NCBI GenBank assembly: GCA_012295275.1
Contig: CM022668.1
Coordinates: 7,068,001 to 7,132,000 of the forward strand
Reading direction: 5' to 3'
From: Chrysomallon squamiferum
Taxonomy: Eukaryota; Animalia; Mollusca
DNA: 64,000 nt
A program made the position numbers and the translations under genes. Below the pieces are notes generated by a model. That model did no database searches and was not told the origin of the DNA. It saw only the letters and a program-made list of their open reading frames with translations. Positions 60,777 to 64,000 of the stretch are shown here, piece after piece. Position 1 is the first letter of the stretch, and every line of letters starts with the position of its first letter.

Positions 60777-62526
60777 GATATAGATATATTTTCCAAGGTA
60801 ACATACCATTATTGGTTTTCCCAGGAAATTTTTGACTTCATTTCGCAGAAACTGGTAAGCACGCTGGGCATCTTCGTCTGAGTCAAAGGTCACATACCAG
60901 CTGTTATTGTGAGCAAATTCACAACTGACAAACTGGGGGCAGTCAGCACCCTTGAATAAATTCTGAACTTCCTGGGAAAAATAAAACAACAGAATGTAAA
61001 TACACTGCCCAACTGATTTGTGTCTTCAACAAGTCAACAAATTTATCACAGCCTTTTTGAATGGGAAGCTGAAAGTATTTTTTTTATCAAGTTATCTATC
61101 AAGTTCAAATCAGCCATCTTAAACTGACTTGAACATGATCCACACTGGTAAATGTTTCTTTGTATCTCTGTTAGCAAATTCTTACCATATTTAGAATAAT
61201 TATCTAAACTGGCAGTCGATTGGCTGTTTTCTCTGGCACCAGTATGAAATGTAATGTCCACAGATTAAAACATTACAGCAGACCTGATGCACTTTAGAAT
61301 GATTTTAACAAATGAATGCTCTTCAAAACCCTTGAATACAACATTACAGTCACTAACAGGACTTTTAAAATTAAGAGTAATAAAATCATTACAACAATAA
61401 GAGACTTACTTCAAGTGGTGTAGTGTCAGGGATCTCTCTCAAAATCACAACACATCGACTGTGGTTGGGCCGAACCTTTTCTCCTTTATCATCTACTTGC
61501 ACGTGAGGTGATCCTTAGAAGGGTAAAAAATAAAAATAAAAATAAATAAATGAAAAAATATAATCAGATACATAGAAATCTCTCACAATTTTAATTCTAT
61601 CCAAACTGAATGATTTCTCCTATCCTCCAACTTAAAAAAAATAATACAAAATTTAGAAAAAAAATAAAGGAAAAAAGATATTTCCAGCAACTATGAACCA
61701 CTGTTAAAAATTATGTTACTGAAAATTTTGAGTGCTTAAAGGTTATTATTTTTATTTTTTTTAATTTTAGATTTAAATATTTTAGATTTTCAGTTAGGCA
61801 ATTTAAAATGTCAAAAATTAGCAAATTATACATTATGCTCTGAATTAAAAATAATCAATTTTCATGTTGTCAGATAGATTTATATGTTGTTTTTCATACT
61901 GGAATAATAAAATATTCAGAATAAAATTAACTGAATTCTAAATATATAATTACTACCTCTACAATACCACTACCATATTACTTAGAATTGTTTTTTTGAT
62001 CTTTTCAGACAAATTTATAATGAAAATAAAATAAAATTTTAATACATCTTCTAGAAATATTTATCTTTCATACAGCATATAATACAAACTAAAATAATAC
62101 CATTTATTTACAAATATTCACATAACCCTGTTTATCACTGGTATTCAAGTTCAAACAGTAAATATTCTTGCAATAAAAATTAAACATGACCAAACATTTA
62201 CTATTATTAAAAAATTAATAACAAACATATATTCTACTTGAGAGAAAAACCTATGCCGTAGATATCCATTCGAGGTTTCTGCTAAAACTTACCCCGTAAG
62301 ACCTCCACTATAAGTTCAAGGTTGTTAGTAAGCTTCTGGACCTGGTTGAAGTTGGCCACGGTGGTGATGGCAACGTACTGGTCGGGGTCCATCTGCGACT
62401 GAAGGTAGGAGTCGTGGACGAGGTTTTCGCGAGAGAAGTAGTACTCGAGCTGATGTCGCAGCATCTGCCGCAACTGATCAGCTGGTATCGTGCCCTCGAG
62501 TGGGCCTGTCCCATCCTCCGTCGACG
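53987..62526 (-). CDS. LARP4: La-related protein 4/4B, partial spliced CDS (12 exons seen; 5' exons probably beyond the window)
   Basis: La motif ([18 protein letters not shown]), RRM ([10 protein letters not shown]..., [13 protein letters not shown]..., GKPIMARIKA), [14 protein letters not shown] and KLSYAQ motifs; consistent splice phases. Confidence 0.94.
55382..55555. repeat. (TTA)n, (GA)n and (CA)n compound microsatellite
   Basis: Directly visible. Confidence 0.97.
55621..55714 (-). CDS. LARP4: LARP4 exon
   Basis: [31 protein letters not shown]; phase 2-0. Confidence 0.8.
56147..56403 (-). CDS. LARP4: LARP4 exon
   Basis: [19 protein letters not shown]...KPVHQ(K); SDVVKG motif. Confidence 0.87.
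56725..56814 (-). CDS. LARP4: LARP4 exon (FPPLPGS motif)
   Basis: [30 protein letters not shown]|gtaagt. Confidence 0.9.
57134..57182 (-). CDS. LARP4: LARP4 small exon
   Basis: [16 protein letters not shown]; phase 2-0. Confidence 0.78.
57510..57770 (-). CDS. LARP4: LARP4 exon
   Basis: [13 protein letters not shown]...MDTQTQ(K); phase 2-2. Confidence 0.83.
58256..58344 (-). CDS. LARP4: LARP4 exon
   Basis: [29 protein letters not shown](R); phase 0-2. Confidence 0.83.
58877..58960 (-). CDS. LARP4: LARP4 exon
   Basis: [28 protein letters not shown]|gtaagt. Confidence 0.83.
60145..60321 (-). CDS. LARP4: LARP4 exon (RRM end)
   Basis: [11 protein letters not shown]...GAPPH. Confidence 0.9.
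60807..60971 (-). CDS. LARP4: LARP4 exon (RRM)
   Basis: [55 protein letters not shown]. Confidence 0.96.
61410..61513 (-). CDS. LARP4: LARP4 exon (La motif-RRM linker)
   Basis: [35 protein letters not shown]. Confidence 0.95.
62293..62526 (-). CDS. LARP4: LARP4 exon (La motif)
   Basis: [50 protein letters not shown]...EVLR. Confidence 0.96.
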
Positions 62527-64000
62527 CTGAAATAATTAATTAAAAAAAACTTATTACATCAATATCTAACAACACCAGTGCATAACATCAACTGTTCTTA
62601 CATTTCCTAAAAGTCATCCTTTCATGCATTTCTTGTACAGTATCAATTTTTATAAAAATAAGGCTGTTGATATTCCTTGTACAATATCGACATTTCTTTT
62701 ACAGTATCAGTGTCTCTTGCATAATAGTAACAGAAAAATAATAACATCAGTGAAGGAAACTCATTATATCCACAGACATTATCAGTTTGGAGAGCAACAT
62801 GTTCTTCACAAGTTTTTACTTGTAACATCTGAGGTTGAGGCTGGACTGGCCAAACAAGCACATTATTAGATAAGAGTATTTTGCATGCCCTCACCGCAGA
62901 GCCAGTTATGTAACAAGTAATCTAGTAATATACTGTAACAGACACGATTCATTATAGGTTATTGATTTAAAAAAGTAAATAAACAGATAAAAGAATAATA
63001 AAGTGCAGCAGAGGTCATGCCACATGTTTCAAGTACATTTATTTAATCAGTAAGATGAATTACAATGAACTGAAGCTTGGTGGAATATTTTAATCGTATT
63101 TTAAATAATGTTTGAAATTCACATTAATCAATAAACTGCCTTCTTTTTTACAATTTCTGTTGCTTGGAGAAAGTGAAAACTCTCAGAAATTTTTATTTTT
63201 TATTTTTAAACATTTAAAAAAATAAATAAAAAAAAATAATAAAAAAAAATAAAAATAAGATATTAGTTCTGGATATTCAAGGATGAAATATAAACACCCC
63301 CTCCAAACTAACTATTAACAATTGTGAGTTAAACAGATGCTTAATAATTTTTATGGTAACAAGGTGTGGCATAATCAAACTGGTATTTTATTTAGGTTTT
63401 AATAAAAACAGCAACAATATCTGAATTTATGCAACTATAATTAACCTCCATTCATCAATTCTGGATTATGATGGCTCTAACATAATTTACTGTCTTTTTG
63501 TAAGAGAAAAGAAACATGCCATTTCTTCTATTCAAGCTGGTTAACAGCAAAGGAATTATAAATAAACAGACACAAGCACTTTAAAATTTGAGTTTTGTAA
63601 TGTACAGAAGTTTAAGCTGCAACAAATATCTTATAATTTTAATGGTACTGAACCACATCATAAATGTATTGGTATGAACGAACTATAGGCATGCTATAAA
63701 GATTTTATTTTATTCATAATACGAAAATCTTATTAAAACCTTTTTTTTTTTTTTTTAAACTGGCAGAAACACCAGTGGTATTCACCATATATGTTAACAA
63801 TGACAGATGCTATAAAACAAAGTACACAACTTCAGATTAAAACGTTTGACCATTAACAATAAAGTTTGCTATTATAAACAATTTGTTGTTGTTTTTTGGT
63901 TGAATATGTATGTGTCACAGCTGCGAGGTATCATGAATAAATACAACTATGAGTGAACTGTTCAATATTGAAATCAACAAAAATTAGTCATTCTGTTTCT

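Noticed and set aside
62624-62894. Short ORFs upstream of the La-motif exon as the LARP4 N-terminus
   Set aside because: No PAM2w-like motif and no convincing phase-1 donor; the true 5' exons probably lie beyond position 64000.

Overview
AT-rich, microsatellite-laden animal genomic DNA. The intron style and protein sequences suggest an invertebrate, possibly a mollusc (inference only). Three spliced genes were reconstructed by hand. (1) A complete SETD2 (H3K36 trimethyltransferase) on the minus strand: 22 coding exons from 40222 to 5128, about 3630 aa, with a 7.57-kb exon and one apparent 1-nt frameshift. (2) A complete eIF1/SUI1 on the plus strand, 40842-43491, head-to-head with SETD2 (ATGs 620 bp apart), with its AUG in the poor context typical of eIF1 autoregulation. 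(3) The 3' part of LARP4/4B on the minus strand, 62526-53987, with its 5' end probably outside the window. SETD2 intron 1 holds a 2.85-kb decayed Sola2-like DNA transposon (about 625-bp TIRs, TTTT TSD) and a 295-bp hAT MITE. The most notable oddities are a Y-V-D-P-x-x-G heptad repeat exon and an SR-protein-like domain in SETD2, tandem intronic copies of the SETD2 WW-exon splice donor, a template-switch signature in the transposon, a CCAAT minisatellite, and A38/U29 tracts after the LARP4 stop. All coordinates and identities were read by eye; no database searches were run.
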